Part shown: positions 56,157 through 57,129 of the stretch, one piece after another
Layout: each line of letters opens with the position of its first letter
How positions within the stretch are numbered: position 1 is the first letter of the stretch
NCBI GenBank assembly: GCA_020342115.1
Contig: CP070841.1
Coordinates: forward strand, 681,331-738,459
DNA length: 57,129 nucleotides
Reading direction: 5' to 3'
Origin: Spirochaetota bacterium
GTDB lineage: Bacteria; Spirochaetota; B62-G9; DRHN01
Notes under the pieces: generated by a model
The model's input: only the letters and a program-made list of their open reading frames with translations
The model's database searches: none
What the model was told of the DNA's origin: nothing
Made by a program: the position numbers and the translations under genes

Positions 56157-56681
56157 TTATCTCTCCTTTTTCCACTTCTCTATACAGGACTTAAGGTACA
56201 CAAAATGGTCTCAACAGACAATAACGAGATAAAACTGTATGCAATCTCAAACCTCCATATAAAGGGTACTTCACACTATTGTTTTTAACCGTAGAATGAC
56301 TCTTTCATTACCAGGAACTATGTTTTATAACCATTATCTCTATTATCCATGTGAAATAACGATCCAAGGGTCATACGAATAATGGTTTCGATTTAATCGC
56401 GTAGCATTTGATTCAACACTGTTTTACACTCGACATCCTTCCAGGTATTGTCTCATTATAGTTTGTCTCCCCTATAAATAATAATACCCTTCTTATTTCA
56501 AACAGCTTCTCACTTACTTAATATAAAAATAGGATACCAAAGAATAAAAGGATATTCTATTCCTCTGCACCATAAAAACTTGAGCTTCTATATAATGTAT
56601 CATCATACATTGCAGGTAACGGTAATTGTTTTTTTCTCATAAACATGTAAAATATAATTGTTTAATTAACGGAGTATGGTT

Positions 56682-57129
56682 ATGAAATCAGCATGGGTAA
56701 CATCAAAAGGCAAACTCGAAATAAGGACAGAAGAGTATGAAAAACCCAAGAAGGATGAGGTCGTTGTAAAGATCAGAGCCTGCGGAATATGCGGAACAGA
56801 TCTGCATTTCTTTAATGACTTCCCTGCAGCCCATCCAATCCCCCTGGGACATGAAGTTTCAGGAACCATTGAAGAAACTGGAAGAGAGGTTCAGGGACTC
56901 TCACCTGGTGATTCAGTGATTGTTCAGAACCACGTACCCTGTGGTAAATGTGAATCATGCAGAAATGGCAATGTTTCTCTATGCAGAAACATACAGACTT
57001 ACATGACTGACAGTGCTGGTATGGCGGAATACTTGAAGGTGAACCAGAACATGATCGTCCCGTACAAGGCTTTGAGCCATGAGGAGGCTGTGATCGCTGA
57101 ACCCCTCACAGTTGCGCTTGATCTCATAC
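56682..57129 (+). CDS. zinc-dependent alcohol/threonine dehydrogenase-family protein (5' part, runs off the window)
   Basis: ATG 7 nt after GGAG. Catalytic Zn motif CGICGTDLH...GHEVSG and structural Zn CGKCESCRNG. No stop before the window end. Confidence 0.85.
   Translation, partial: MKSAWVTSKGKLEIRTEEYEKPKKDEVVVKIRACGICGTDLHFFNDFPAAHPIPLGHEVSGTIEETGREVQGLSPGDSVIVQNHVPCGKCESCRNGNVSLCRNIQTYMTDSAGMAEYLKVNQNMIVPYKALSHEEAVIAEPLTVALDLI

Noticed and set aside
56157-56681. Search for purine, glycine or Moco riboswitch-like sequences in the long leaders (also 40804-41110 and 28119-28317).
   Set aside because: I could not find the conserved cores, for example the TTTCTACC / CCGTAAA / GACTA elements of purine riboswitches. 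A covariance-model scan is still needed to exclude them.

Overview
57.1-kb chromosomal segment of a moderately AT-rich, probably anaerobic diderm bacterium (AGGAGG-type Shine-Dalgarno sites, TolC/RND genes). The taxon cannot be assigned from this window. I support about 50 CDS and found no rRNA, tRNA, CRISPR array, transposase or integrase. Layout: (i) 0.2-4.1 kb holds protein-folding and RNA-binding genes (parvulin PPIase, B12-radical SAM, RRM protein, SlyD-type FKBP). (ii) 4.5-16.1 kb is one long minus-strand catabolic array: DeoR regulator, SdhA-like flavoprotein with a 2Fe-2S-only partner, creatininase-family hydrolase, FGGY kinase, GlcD-like oxidase plus CCG Fe-S protein, then EtfB-EtfA and a second GlcD/LctD-like oxidase. 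(iii) 16.2-28.1 kb is a patchwork accessory zone: polyferredoxin, TolC-RND pair without an adaptor, gene remnants, DUF3795, Ppx/GppA, a histidine-kinase remnant and two tandem paralogous repeat lipoproteins. (iv) 28.3-56.2 kb is a roughly 28-kb purine/urate-type catabolic supercluster. It has two xanthine-dehydrogenase-family trimers, YgfK, SsnA, YgeW, a second carbamoyltransferase, carbamate kinase, XdhC, MocA, two unusual PLP enzymes, a second amidohydrolase, a P-loop NTPase, a BMP-family ABC importer and a class-V aminotransferase. The best candidate for an undescribed system is this supercluster, because it keeps the ygfK/ssnA/ygeW markers but lacks hyuA, ygeX and ygeY. Secondary candidates are the DeoR/SdhA-like/creatininase/FGGY array, the tandem five-repeat lipoproteins, a 3 x 85-bp structured repeat between etfA and the downstream oxidase, and an island-like signature around TolC-RND. 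All family calls come from motifs read by eye; no database search was run.
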